Shown here in pieces: positions 26,227 through 35,245 of a stretch of 64,000 nt of DNA. The notes beneath the pieces are model-generated. The model worked only from the letters and a program-made list of their open reading frames with translations, did no database searches and had not been told where the DNA came from. Source of the DNA: Caulobacteraceae bacterium (GTDB lineage Bacteria; Pseudomonadota; Alphaproteobacteria; Caulobacterales; Caulobacteraceae); the NCBI GenBank assembly GCA_031291645.1, contig JARLIQ010000038.1, forward strand, positions 22,414-86,413, read 5' to 3'. Position 1 is the first letter of the stretch. Every line of letters starts with the position of its first letter. The translations under genes were made by a program, and so were the position numbers.

Positions 26227-26241
26227 AACTATCCGATAGTT
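26227..26241. promoter_or_regulatory. Operator-like palindrome AACTATC-N1-GATAGTT abutting a TTGAGG -35-like hexamer upstream of the precursor gene
   Basis: Perfect 7+7 inverted repeat ~90 nt upstream of the precursor ATG. The right half-site is conserved at 10579-10593 upstream of the decayed second locus. Confidence 0.4.
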
Positions 26242-26489
26242 GCCCCGGTCTCCGGAGAGATCGCGCCTGGCGTTGCGCCGATCCTGCATTCGCGCGTCAT
26301 CAGGCGCGGGAGGGCGCCGGTCGTTGAGAACACTCCCGACCTGCGGTGTCGGGAGCCTACGGCGCTTCGCGCTTTTACAAGCCTCGACCATTACCGGACG
26401 CCAGATTGTGAAAATCAGATTCTCGCTACCTGACATTCACGGCCAACCCCAAAAAGGCGCCTGATTTGGCCCAACATCGTTATTGCGAG

Positions 26490-26535
26490 CCCCGCTCGTT
26501 GAGGTTCGCGCCAACACAAACCTCAACGAGCGGGG
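26490..26535 (-). terminator. 17-bp perfect stem-loop just downstream of the SDR gene
   Basis: CCCCGCTCGTTGAGGTT-N12-AACCTCAACGAGCGGGG, 8 nt after the SDR stop codon. No U-tract follows, so its function as an intrinsic terminator is uncertain. Confidence 0.4.
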
Positions 26536-26542
26536 GACGCCA

Positions 26543-27304
26543 TCAAGCTTCCGGCGACAGCTCCGCGTGGCCGCCATCGGCCCGCAATTCCATGCCGGTC
26601 GAGAAACTGCTGTCGTCTGACGCCAGGAACAGCGCAGCAGCCGCAAGTTCTTCCGGCCGTCCCAGCCGCTTCATCGGGGTCACGCCCGCAGCGTATCTCC
26701 GGAATTCGGCAGCGGCCTCAGGCGTGGGCGAGTTGGTGTCCATGATGGGCGTGTCGACCGGCCCTGGGCTGAGTGTGTTGACCCGGATCCCGCGCGACAT
26801 CAATTCGGTCGCGAAGGTCCGCGCCAGCGAGCGAACCGCAGCCTTGGACGCATTGTAGACACTCATGCCCCGGTCTCCTCGGACGTTGAGCGATGACGAA
26901 ACCAGAATGATGGAAGCGTTGTCGTTCAGAATCGGTAACGCCTTCTGCACGGTGAAAAACGCTCCGCGAACGTTGAGATCGAAGATCTTGTCGAACAGCT
27001 CAGCCTCGACCGCGTCCAGTGGGGCTGCGTCGGCACGACCGGCATTGGCGACGATGATATCCAGCTTGCGACCGTCTGCTGCGATCCGGGCGTAAACCGC
27101 CTCGATATCCCCCATCTTCGCAAGGTCGGCCCTGATCGACGCCGCGCTCGCGCCGATCTCGGCGACCGTTTCCGCAAGTTCCGCTTCCCGGCGTCCGACG
27201 ATGTAGACGAAAGCCCCCTCCTCCGCAAAACGGCAGGCTATGGCGCGGCCGATTCCGCTGCTTCCGCCCGTGACGATCGCGACCTTATTTTGCAATTTGC
27301 CCAT
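26543..27304 (-). CDS. SDR-family oxidoreductase
   Basis: TGGSSGIGRAIA cofactor motif, an NAG segment and a YNASKAA catalytic motif. 253 aa. Confidence 0.9.
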   Translation of the reverse strand: MGKLQNKVAIVTGGSSGIGRAIACRFAEEGAFVYIVGRREAELAETVAEIGASAASIRADLAKMGDIEAVYARIAADGRKLDIIVANAGRADAAPLDAVEAELFDKIFDLNVRGAFFTVQKALPILNDNASIILVSSSLNVRGDRGMSVYNASKAAVRSLARTFATELMSRGIRVNTLSPGPVDTPIMDTNSPTPEAAAEFRRYAAGVTPMKRLGRPEELAAAALFLASDDSSFSTGMELRADGGHAELSPEA

Positions 27305-27434
27305 GAGCGCCCTTTCGCTACCGAAGCACGGACTGCGCCGCCCGGCTGCTGGTCATTTAGGGGCGCCCGCGTCGCGATAGGAGCCTCCTTCAGGCGATAG
27401 CATCTATTCCTTGGCGGAATACTGCGAGCAACCG

Positions 27435-28340
27435 TCATCTGATACAAAGGGTCGGTTCGGCCGCACAAACCGCCTCGACATAGTCGATGAAAACCGCGGC
27501 ACGTCTTGGCAGCGCGCGGTCGCCCGACCAGACCGCGCTGATCGGAGCTTGAACGCACTCATAATCCGTCAGAATCTGGCGAACGGCGCCTGAGATCAGC
27601 TCGTCCCTGAACAGCCAACTCGCGGCGTGGGCGATACCCAGACCGGCCTTCACGGCTGCCCTGGTCAGTTCGACATCATCCGATTGGATAGGCCCTTTAG
27701 GATCGATCGTTACGCGATCGCTTCCCCGACGAAAGCTCCAAGGGCGTGGCCTTCCGTGACGGATGGACGCGATGCACGGATGCCCCTCAAGCTCTGCCGG
27801 CGTCGTCGGCTCACCATGCCGGCGCAAATATTCCGCCGAAGCAACGACGATCGCCGCGGTCGTGCCGACCTGACGTGAACGGAGTTCGGAGTCCTCAAGG
27901 TCACCCACACGGATCGCGACATCGATACGCTCCTCGACCAGATTGACGAGCCGCTGGGATACGACGAATTCCAGCAATAATTTGGGATATCGCTCGACGA
28001 ATGGCCCCAAGTTGGGCAGCAGATAAGATGTTGCGAAGCCCGGCGGACACGTCAGCCGGACCAGTCCGGCTGGCGAGCGCTCCCGTTCGCTCACCGCGTC
28101 TTCCAGCAGCTCGAGCTCGTCGACAAGGCGCCGGGCGTTATCGTAGTAGTGCTGGCCGGCTGCCGTCAGCGCGAGGCCGCGCGACGAGCGCCGTACCAGT
28201 TGTGTACTGAGCCGCTTCTCCAAAGCAGCGATCTGCTTGCTCGTGGTGGATTGCACGATCCCCATCTGTCGAGCCGCTTTCGAAAAGCTTCCCGCTTCGG
28301 CAACCCGAAGGAAGAGCTTCATTACGTCAATTTTGTCCAT
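27435..28340 (-). CDS. LysR-family transcriptional regulator
   Basis: HTH block FLRVAEAGSFSKAARQMGIVQSTTSKQIAALEKRL plus a substrate-binding domain. 301 aa. Confidence 0.9.
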   Translation of the reverse strand: MDKIDVMKLFLRVAEAGSFSKAARQMGIVQSTTSKQIAALEKRLSTQLVRRSSRGLALTAAGQHYYDNARRLVDELELLEDAVSERERSPAGLVRLTCPPGFATSYLLPNLGPFVERYPKLLLEFVVSQRLVNLVEERIDVAIRVGDLEDSELRSRQVGTTAAIVVASAEYLRRHGEPTTPAELEGHPCIASIRHGRPRPWSFRRGSDRVTIDPKGPIQSDDVELTRAAVKAGLGIAHAASWLFRDELISGAVRQILTDYECVQAPISAVWSGDRALPRRAAVFIDYVEAVCAAEPTLCIR

Positions 28341-28656
28341 GAGCCATGATTAGTCCATCGAGTTCACGGGTAATACAGCGACAAAAGCCAATGACTCCGA
28401 AAGGCTGCTATCGAGGTCGGCTCGCCAGAAGCAGTCAGCCAGATAAGTCCCAGCTGCCGACCTTCAGAGAGGCGCGGCGGCGTCCCTGAATGAACGGCGA
28501 ATTTCAGGATCTGCGACCGGCGCGTTGAACGACGACAATTGGGCGCACAGCTGACCAGCCTATTTACACGCCATTCCACGCCAATGCCCCACACCGTGGC
28601 GCCAGAGGTCGCCATGCACTAACATTGAGCTGGATCACCCCGCAGGGGCAGGCCAC

Positions 28657-29285
28657 ATGGACCTCAACAAGTTCGACCTCAACCTACTCAAGGCACTGGA
28701 TGTGCTTCTTGAGGAACGGAACGTCACCCGCGCAGCAGAACGCCTCTTCATCACACAACAAGCCGCCAGCGGCGCGCTCCAGCGCCTGCGTCGGCATTTC
28801 GACGACGATCTGCTCAGCCCTGTTGGCCGCCGGCTTGAGCCCACGCCCTTGGCCCTGTCACTGGTCCTTCCTGTCAGGGAAGCCCTCCTCGCAACCAAGG
28901 CGGCGCTCGGCACGCGCCCCACATTCGATCCGCAAAGCGCCCAGGCAAACTGTCGAATCGCCATGACCGATTACAGTTTGCTCGTGGCGCTACCGCGGTT
29001 TCTGCGTCGCCTTTCAGTGGACGCTCCGCGCGTGCGTTGCACCGTCGAGCCGCTAACAAAGAACTCCTTCGATCGACTGGACATGGGTGACCTCGACTTC
29101 TGCCTCGCCGCGAACGACGTCCGTCTCTATGGACGCCACCGACCGGGCAAACTCATTCGCTCGGAGCCGATGTTTCAAGACGACTTCGTCTGCGTCGTAG
29201 ACCCGCGATATGTCGACATTTCGCGAGGAATGCCCCTAAGCGCCTACAAGCGGCTTCGCCATAACTCGGTTGCATTCGGCGAGCC
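28657..29285 (+). pseudogene. NodD-like LysR-family regulator, 3'-truncated
   Basis: MDLNKFDLNLLKALDVLLEERNVTRAAERLFITQQAASGALQRLR... is NodD/LysR-like up to ...YKRLRHNSVAFGE (about codon 210). After that, homology and base composition change abruptly. The track ORF (28657..29715) is a chance in-frame read-through into the excisionase gene. Confidence 0.65.
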
Positions 29286-29475
29286 GTGGGCGCCGGCTCG
29301 CGACGGCCGCCACCGCACCCGGCAAGTCATTTTTCGCTGGTGTGCGCCTTGCGGCGATGCGCGGAATTGGGCGATTCCCAGCGCCGCCCGCACGCGCTTA
29401 GATCAGCCGAGAGCCCAGGCCGAGCCCTCACTAGGCGGCCGTTCCTTTGATCCCGAGACTGGAGCGCGGACCAGG

Positions 29476-29715
29476 ATGCGATCGCCGGAGACCCCAGCGG
29501 CAAAGCGCCTCTTCACCGTCAACGAGTTCTGCACGGCCTACGGAACGGGCCGGTCCAAGACCTACGAGCTGATCCGGCTGGGCCTGCTGAAGGCGCGCAA
29601 GCTCGACGGCAAGACCATGATCCGAGCCGAGGACGCTGAGGCCTTCGTTGAGCGCCTTCCGCCAGCGCTGGGCGCGCTTGGCCCCAGCCCCGGCCGTCGC
29701 CGCTCCCTGAGTTGA
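29476..29715 (+). CDS. AlpA/excisionase-family DNA-binding protein
   Basis: MRSPETPAAKRLFTVNEFCTAYGTGRSKTYELIRLGLLKARKLDGKTMIRAEDAEAFVERL is the typical helix-turn-helix excisionase pattern. It lies adjacent to the integrase. Confidence 0.7.
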   Translation: MRSPETPAAKRLFTVNEFCTAYGTGRSKTYELIRLGLLKARKLDGKTMIRAEDAEAFVERLPPALGALGPSPGRRRSLS

Positions 29716-29746
29716 GATTAGGATACATGCCTAACTGATTTCCTGG

Positions 29747-30997
29747 TCACGGTTTTCCAGTGCAGTAGTCACACCACGACTGCATGACCGTCCGGCGCAG
29801 TTCGACGAGCCGATCCCGCTGGTAGGCCGCCTCCAGACCCGGCTGCGCATGGGCCAGGCTGAGCTCGGCCACATCGCGCGCCACCCCCTGTCTGGCCGCC
29901 CACGTGCGGAACGCCGCCCGCATGCCGTGAGTGGTCACCCCTTCCCGCTTCATCCGGGCGAGGAGGTGCTGGAGCGAGACGTGGCTGATCGGCCGGATTG
30001 GGCTGTTACCCGGGAAGAGGAGGACGCTCTCGCCGCGCTCGATGTCTTTGATGAGCGCCGCCGCCTGACGCGAGAGCGGCACGACGTGCTCGCGCCCGCC
30101 CTTCATCCGCTCAGCGGCCAAGGTCCAGGTCATCTTGTCGAGATCGAATTCCCCCCAACTGGCCCAGAGCGCCTCGGCGGCGCGGGCGGCGGTGTAGATG
30201 ACGAGCTCCATGGCCCGGGCCGCCTGGCCCGACCGGCCTTTCAGCTCGGCGACGAAGCCGGGAAGATCGTCGATCCGGATGGCGGCGTGGTGGACGACCT
30301 TGTGCACCTTGTTCTTGGCCGGGAGGGTGTGGGCCAGGTGGCCCTTCCAGCGAGCCGGATTCTCGCCTTCGTCGCGGTGGCCGTGGGCGACGGCGTAGTC
30401 GAGGATGAGCTCGATCCGGCCGCGGATTCGCGACGCCGTCTCGGTGCGTTCGCTCCAGAAGGCGGCCGCCGCCTTGCCGACCGGCTGGCGCAGGATCTCG
30501 AGCACCGCGGCGGCGTCCACCTGCCCCACAGGCGTCCTGCCGATGAAGGGGTGGACGTAGGTCTCGAGCGAGCCCTTCCATTGCCCCTCGGATTTGGGGT
30601 TCTTCCAGGCCGCGGCGTGGTCGGCGATGTACCGGGCCGCGACATCCTTGAAGGTGAGCGCCCTGGCCGCCTTGCGCGCCACCTCGGCGCGTTCGGCCGC
30701 CCTGACATCCAGGGGGTCCTTGCCGTCGGCCAGCAGCCGCCTCGCGGCGTCCGCCCGGGCGCGCGCTTCGGCCAGGCCCACGGTGGGATAGGGCCCAAGT
30801 CCGGCCTGCCGGGCGCGGCCATGGCGCATGTAGCGGAAGATCCAGGACTGTGGTCCGGCGACGGGCGGGGCGTCGACGCCATCCTTCCGCCTGGCGGGGT
30901 TGACGAAGAGGTAGAGCCCCTCGTCGACCCGATGCCGGCCGATGGTCCTGGCCAGGCGGTCGACCTCCAGTTTGGTGGAAATCTTGTGGGAACGCAT
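29747..30997 (-). CDS. Tyrosine recombinase / P4-type phage integrase
   Basis: N-terminal arm-binding (DUF4102-like) region (GLYLFVNPARRKDG...WIFRY), a SAM-like core, and catalytic residues in ...TTHGMRAAFRTWA...LSLAH...AYQR. The start at ATG 30997 is more likely than 31018. It lies next to a tRNA gene. Confidence 0.9.
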   Translation of the reverse strand: MRSHKISTKLEVDRLARTIGRHRVDEGLYLFVNPARRKDGVDAPPVAGPQSWIFRYMRHGRARQAGLGPYPTVGLAEARARADAARRLLADGKDPLDVRAAERAEVARKAARALTFKDVAARYIADHAAAWKNPKSEGQWKGSLETYVHPFIGRTPVGQVDAAAVLEILRQPVGKAAAAFWSERTETASRIRGRIELILDYAVAHGHRDEGENPARWKGHLAHTLPAKNKVHKVVHHAAIRIDDLPGFVAELKGRSGQAARAMELVIYTAARAAEALWASWGEFDLDKMTWTLAAERMKGGREHVVPLSRQAAALIKDIERGESVLLFPGNSPIRPISHVSLQHLLARMKREGVTTHGMRAAFRTWAARQGVARDVAELSLAHAQPGLEAAYQRDRLVELRRTVMQSWCDYCTGKP

Positions 30998-31138
30998 CGG
31001 CCCCGGCGCCTCCAACATCTGGTCGGAGTGTGTGGATACGAACGTGTTTGGCGTTCAGTTATCACTGATCAGGAACCTGTTCCGGACCCGGTCCAGGCGC
31101 CCGATTTGGCTCCGCGCGAGCCATTGCCAGCGCATTTG

Positions 31139-31160
31139 TTCCCACAAACCTTCCCACAAA
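31139..31160. repeat. Tandem direct repeat TTCCCACAAA-CC-TTCCCACAAA between the integrase and the tRNA (candidate arm-type integrase binding sites)
   Basis: Seen directly. There are two exact 10-mers 12 nt apart, and the first overlaps a TTTGT/ACAAA inverted repeat. Confidence 0.35.
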
Positions 31161-31304
31161 TATGAGCCGGCTTGAGGCGGATTGCAAGGCGCCGTCGCGC
31201 ACACGATCCGAGCGGCCACGGCCGCTAATCCTTGGTTTTTATGGGGATTTTTCGCCTATTCCGGCCTGTCCCGCACGCTTGCGGACGACCATGGAAAGCC
31301 CTCT

Positions 31305-31381
<77 letters not shown>

Positions 31382-31461
31382 CCGAGAGGAGCGCCCTTAT
31401 AGGCAGGGGTCGGCTGCGTCGCAACCGCGATGTGGCGGGGCCTCGAAGGTCCGTGGGCCGC

Positions 31462-32436
31462 CTAGTATCCCGCCGCCATCTCGACAGCGAGCGCCAGGTC
31501 CAGGGCGCGGGCGGCCTCCTCGCCGGTGACGGCTGGCCGGGGCGCTTCGCCGCGCACAGCGGCCAGGAAGGCCGAGACGCTGGCCCCCAGGGGATCGCGG
31601 CCGGTCGGGGTGTCGGCGAAGTCGGCGTTCAGGTCGAACGGGGTGGTGTTGACGAAGGTGCGCGCCACGAAATCGACCTCGACCTCGCCGGAAGGCAGCA
31701 CGATGCGCATCCGCCGCTGGCGCGTCTCGGCGATGCGGCTGGCGCAGAGTTTGAGCGTCGCCCCGTCGGCCAGGGTGATCTCGGCCGTCGCCTCGTCGAT
31801 GAACGGGCCATGGGTGATCCGCGCCTCGGCCTCGACCGTCAGGGGCTCGGCGTGGCTCATGGTCAGGGCTAGGTCGATGTCGTGGATCATCAGGTCGAGC
31901 ACACAGGAGACGTCGGTGTTGCGCGGGCCCCAGGGTTGGAACCGCACCGATTCCAGGAACAGCGGCGCCTCGGGCAGGTCGAGAAGGCCCATGGCCGCCG
32001 AGACGATCCGCTCCTGGTGGCCGCAGGCCAGCACCACCCCGGCCTTGGCGGCGGCCTGGACCAGCCTGTCCGCATCCTCCAGCCGCGTCGCCAGCGGCTT
32101 TTCGACATAGACCGACTTGCCAGCGTTCAGCGCCGCCAGCGCCGCCTCGGCGTGGACGCTGGCCGGCGAGGCCACGGTGACCACGTCGACCTTGGCCAGG
32201 AGCGAGGCCAGGTCCTCGAACGCCTCGCCGCCGAGCCCGCCGGCAAGCGCGCCGGCCCGCTGGACGTCAGGGTCGAACACCCCGACGAACGTGACGTCCT
32301 CGAGCCCGGCGTACTTGCGCGCATGGTGGCCACCGAACGATCCGGCGCCGACCACGCCGGCTCTCAACTTGATGCTCACGGGGCGCCTCGCGCTGCTGTC
32401 GGCGCGACATAGGTCAGGCGCGCGCGCTTTGTCCAT
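31462..32436 (-). CDS. Gfo/Idh/MocA-family oxidoreductase
   Basis: Rossmann N-terminus LRAGVVGAGSFGGHHARKY. The likely true start is GTG 32379 (VSIKLRAGVVG). Confidence 0.8.
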   Translation of the reverse strand: MDKARAPDLCRADSSARRPVSIKLRAGVVGAGSFGGHHARKYAGLEDVTFVGVFDPDVQRAGALAGGLGGEAFEDLASLLAKVDVVTVASPASVHAEAALAALNAGKSVYVEKPLATRLEDADRLVQAAAKAGVVLACGHQERIVSAAMGLLDLPEAPLFLESVRFQPWGPRNTDVSCVLDLMIHDIDLALTMSHAEPLTVEAEARITHGPFIDEATAEITLADGATLKLCASRIAETRQRRMRIVLPSGEVEVDFVARTFVNTTPFDLNADFADTPTGRDPLGASVSAFLAAVRGEAPRPAVTGEEAARALDLALAVEMAAGY

Positions 32437-32519
32437 CGGCCATGACGGCGCGGCCCCATTGAGCTAAACAGCTGTTTGATTTTCAATTGCAACGCACAAA
32501 AGCCCTAGGGAGACGTCTC

Positions 32520-33524
32520 ATGAGCCTGGTCTCGCGCGAAATCCGCCTGAAGTCCCGCCCCGTCGGCATGCCCAACGCCGGCAATTTCGAGCTGGCCTCG
32601 GTCGAGCTGCCGCCGCCGGGTCCGGGCGAGGTCCAGGTGCGGAACCTGTGGATGACGGTCGATCCCTACATGCGCGGCCGGATGAACGACGTGAAGAGCT
32701 ACGTCCCGCCGTTCCAGGTCGGCGAGGCGCTGCAGGGCGGCGCGGTCGGCGAGGTGGTCGCCTCCAACGATCCCGCGCTCAAACCCGGCGACCTGGTCTC
32801 GACCATGTTCGGGTGGCGCGAGGGCTTCAACGCCCCGGCCGGCGCGGTGCAGAAGCTGGAGCCCCATGGCCTGCCCCCGCAGGCCTTCCTCGGCGCGGCC
32901 GGCATGCCGGGCCTGACCGCCTATGTCGGGCTGATCAAGGTCGCGGCGCTGAAGGAGGGCGACGTGGTCTTCGTCTCCGGCGCGGCCGGCGCGGTCGGCC
33001 AGATCGTCTGCCAGATCGCCAAGATCAAGGGCCACACGGTGATCGGCTCGGCGGGCGGCGCCGAGAAGGCCGCGTACCTGAAGGAGATCGGCGTCGACCA
33101 CGTGATCGACTACAAGGCCGCGCCCAACCTGACCGAGGCCGTCCTGAAGGCCGCGCCCGACGGCATCGACGTCTATTTCGAGAACGTCGGCGGCGAGCAC
33201 CTGGAAGCGGCCCTGACCGCCGCCCGGCCCTTCGCCCGCTTCGCCCTGTGCGGGATGATCTCGCAATACAACGCCACCGACGGCGGCGCGGGCGTCCACG
33301 GCCTGATGCAGGCGGTCGGCAAGCAGCTTCGCCTGGAGGGCTTCATCGTCTCCAGCCACTTCGACATGATGCCGGCCTTCGTCAAGGAACTGGCCGGATG
33401 GGTCGCCTCGGGCAAGCTGACCTGGCGGGAGACCGTCGAGCACGGCATCGAGAACGCGCCCAACGCCTTCTTCAAGCTGTTCAAGGGCGAGAACCTGGGC
33501 AAGATGCTGGTCAAGCTGAGCTGA
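32520..33524 (+). CDS. NADP-dependent oxidoreductase (medium-chain, YncB/CurA/alkenal reductase-like)
   Basis: MSLVSREIRLKSRPVGMP..., a GAAGAVG cofactor motif and a ...GENLGKMLVKLS C-terminus. An AGGGAGA Shine-Dalgarno sequence precedes ATG 32520. Confidence 0.85.
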   Translation: MSLVSREIRLKSRPVGMPNAGNFELASVELPPPGPGEVQVRNLWMTVDPYMRGRMNDVKSYVPPFQVGEALQGGAVGEVVASNDPALKPGDLVSTMFGWREGFNAPAGAVQKLEPHGLPPQAFLGAAGMPGLTAYVGLIKVAALKEGDVVFVSGAAGAVGQIVCQIAKIKGHTVIGSAGGAEKAAYLKEIGVDHVIDYKAAPNLTEAVLKAAPDGIDVYFENVGGEHLEAALTAARPFARFALCGMISQYNATDGGAGVHGLMQAVGKQLRLEGFIVSSHFDMMPAFVKELAGWVASGKLTWRETVEHGIENAPNAFFKLFKGENLGKMLVKLS

Positions 33525-33596
33525 GGCCGGCGCGCGGCGGTTGACAGCGACGGCGCCGGACGGTCCAGTCCGCCTCCCTTTCCTGGCCTGGAAACA

Positions 33597-35147
33597 GTGA
33601 TGGCGGACGCGTCCGGCAGCCGGCCCGATGTCGGCTATACCTTTGGCTACTACCGCGAGCTGTCGCCGGGTCTGATCGACTTCGCGCTGGTTCTGGCGGG
33701 CGTCGAGCCGCCGGCGCGGGCGGGGATGCGCTATCTGGAACTCGGCTTCGGCCAGGGGCTGTCGGCCAACATCCACGCGGCCGCCTGCCCGGGCGAATAC
33801 TGGGGCGAGGACTTCAACCCGGCCCACGCCGCCAACGCCGCCGAATGGGCCAAGGCCTCGGGCGCCAAGGCCAGATTCACCGGGGAAAGCTTCGCCGAAC
33901 TGGCCGCGCGGGAGGATCTGCCCGAGTTCGACTACATCGTGCTGCACGGCGTCTGGAGCTGGGTTCCGCCGGCGGCGCACGAGACCATCCTCGACATCAT
34001 CCGCCGCCGGCTGAAGCCGGGCGGCGCGGTCTATGTCAGCTACAACGCCCAGCCGGGCTGGACCGAGATCCTGCCGCTGCGCCAGATGATGGCGCTGGCC
34101 GCCGGGACGGACACCGCGAGTCCCGAGGCCGTGCCCGAGGCGATCGACCGCGCCTTCGCCTTCGCCGAACAACTGCACGCCGCGGGCGCGGCCTTCTTCG
34201 CCGCCGTGCCGGGCGCCAAGCGGCGCCTGGACGCCATCGCGCGGCTCAGCCGCAGCCATCTGGCTCACGACCATTTCAACCCGACCTGGACGCCGATGTA
34301 TTTCACCGAGGTCCAGGCGCCCATGGCCCAGGCGGGCCTGGCCTACGCGACCACCGCCAGCCTGCTCGACCAGCTGGACGAGCTGAACCTGACGCCCGAG
34401 CAGATCCAGATGCTGGCCGGCCTGCCGGACCCGCTGCAGCGCGAGAGTGTGCGCGACTTCCTGGTCTACCAGACCTTCCGCCGGGACCTTTACGTGCGGG
34501 ACGCGCGCGCCCTGGCCCCGCAGGACCGGGGCGAGCGGTTGGCGCGCCAGCGCGTCGCCCTGACCGTCGAGGCCGCCGCGGTCGCCTACGACGTCACCGG
34601 CGAAGGCGAGGAAGTGGCGCTGACCGAAGACCTCTACGCCCCGATCATCGCCGCCCTGGCCGCCGGCGACGGCGGTCCGAAGACCATCGCCGAGCTGTTC
34701 GGCGATCCTGAGGTGGCCCGCCTGCCGCCAGGCCTGGTGCTGGACGCGATCGCCGTCCTGATCGGTTCCGGCCGCGCCCATCCCGCCCAGTCCGAGGTCG
34801 CCGTCCAGGCCGCCCGCGCGCCCTGCCTCAGACTCAACGCCCACCTGGCGCGGCGGGCAAGGACCAGCGGCGAGGTGCGCTATCTGGCCTCGCCGGTGAT
34901 CGGCGCAGGGGTGAAGGTCCCCCGCCTGGAGCAGTTGTTCCTGGCCGCGCGCGCGGACGGGGCCGACGGACCCGACGCCTGGGCCGCCGAGGTCGACGCG
35001 GTGTTCGCAACCCAGGGCTTGGCCGTGGTGAAGGACGGCCGCACGCTCGAGACCGAGGCCGAGACGCGGGCCGAGCTGGCCCGTCTGGCGAGGGCGTTCG
35101 AGGCCGACCGGCTGCCGCTGCTGAGACGCCTCGGCGTCGCGGATTAG
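33597..35147 (+). CDS. Class I SAM-dependent methyltransferase with C-terminal methyltransferase-regulatory domain
   Basis: YLELGFGQGLS SAM motif I, then a long C-terminal domain of the type annotated as methyltransferase regulatory domain. Confidence 0.7.
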   Translation: MMADASGSRPDVGYTFGYYRELSPGLIDFALVLAGVEPPARAGMRYLELGFGQGLSANIHAAACPGEYWGEDFNPAHAANAAEWAKASGAKARFTGESFAELAAREDLPEFDYIVLHGVWSWVPPAAHETILDIIRRRLKPGGAVYVSYNAQPGWTEILPLRQMMALAAGTDTASPEAVPEAIDRAFAFAEQLHAAGAAFFAAVPGAKRRLDAIARLSRSHLAHDHFNPTWTPMYFTEVQAPMAQAGLAYATTASLLDQLDELNLTPEQIQMLAGLPDPLQRESVRDFLVYQTFRRDLYVRDARALAPQDRGERLARQRVALTVEAAAVAYDVTGEGEEVALTEDLYAPIIAALAAGDGGPKTIAELFGDPEVARLPPGLVLDAIAVLIGSGRAHPAQSEVAVQAARAPCLRLNAHLARRARTSGEVRYLASPVIGAGVKVPRLEQLFLAARADGADGPDAWAAEVDAVFATQGLAVVKDGRTLETEAETRAELARLARAFEADRLPLLRRLGVAD

Positions 35148-35245
35148 GGCCGGCGCCGCTCGATTCGACGGGCAAGCCTCCGATCCGCGTTGGCCCCGGG
35201 TCCGCGAGCGGCTACAAGCCCCTGTCCCGCCCCCGGAGCACCCCT

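Noticed and set aside
26224-26464. Track ORFs 26224..26436 (-) and 26240..26464 (+) in the region upstream of the lasso precursor, considered as a missing regulator or a second precursor.
   Set aside because: The translations have no Thr-x-Gly leader/core junction or HTH motif, and the ORFs overlap the conserved non-coding leader and palindromes. The region fits promoter/operator DNA better.
28657-29715. A single 352-aa ORF that looks like a LysR regulator with a C-terminal DNA-binding extension.
   Set aside because: LysR homology stops at about codon 210, where base composition jumps. The C-terminal 79 codons form a stand-alone AlpA/excisionase gene with its own ATG (29476). The continuous frame is a chance read-through across a recombination junction.
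32505-34844. A very long (779 aa) minus-strand ORF spanning the oxidoreductase and methyltransferase genes. Similar giant ORFs occur at 37714..39504, 55110..57071, 17596..18972, 19021..20319, 22274..23461, 44030..44989, 44959..46014, 47217..49169, 49867..51264 and 58806..60092.
   Set aside because: They are antisense or off-frame to genes with clear family signatures. Their translations are Arg/Gly/Ala/Pro-rich low-complexity sequence, and they arise from stop-codon scarcity in high-G+C DNA. They are shadow ORFs, not genes.
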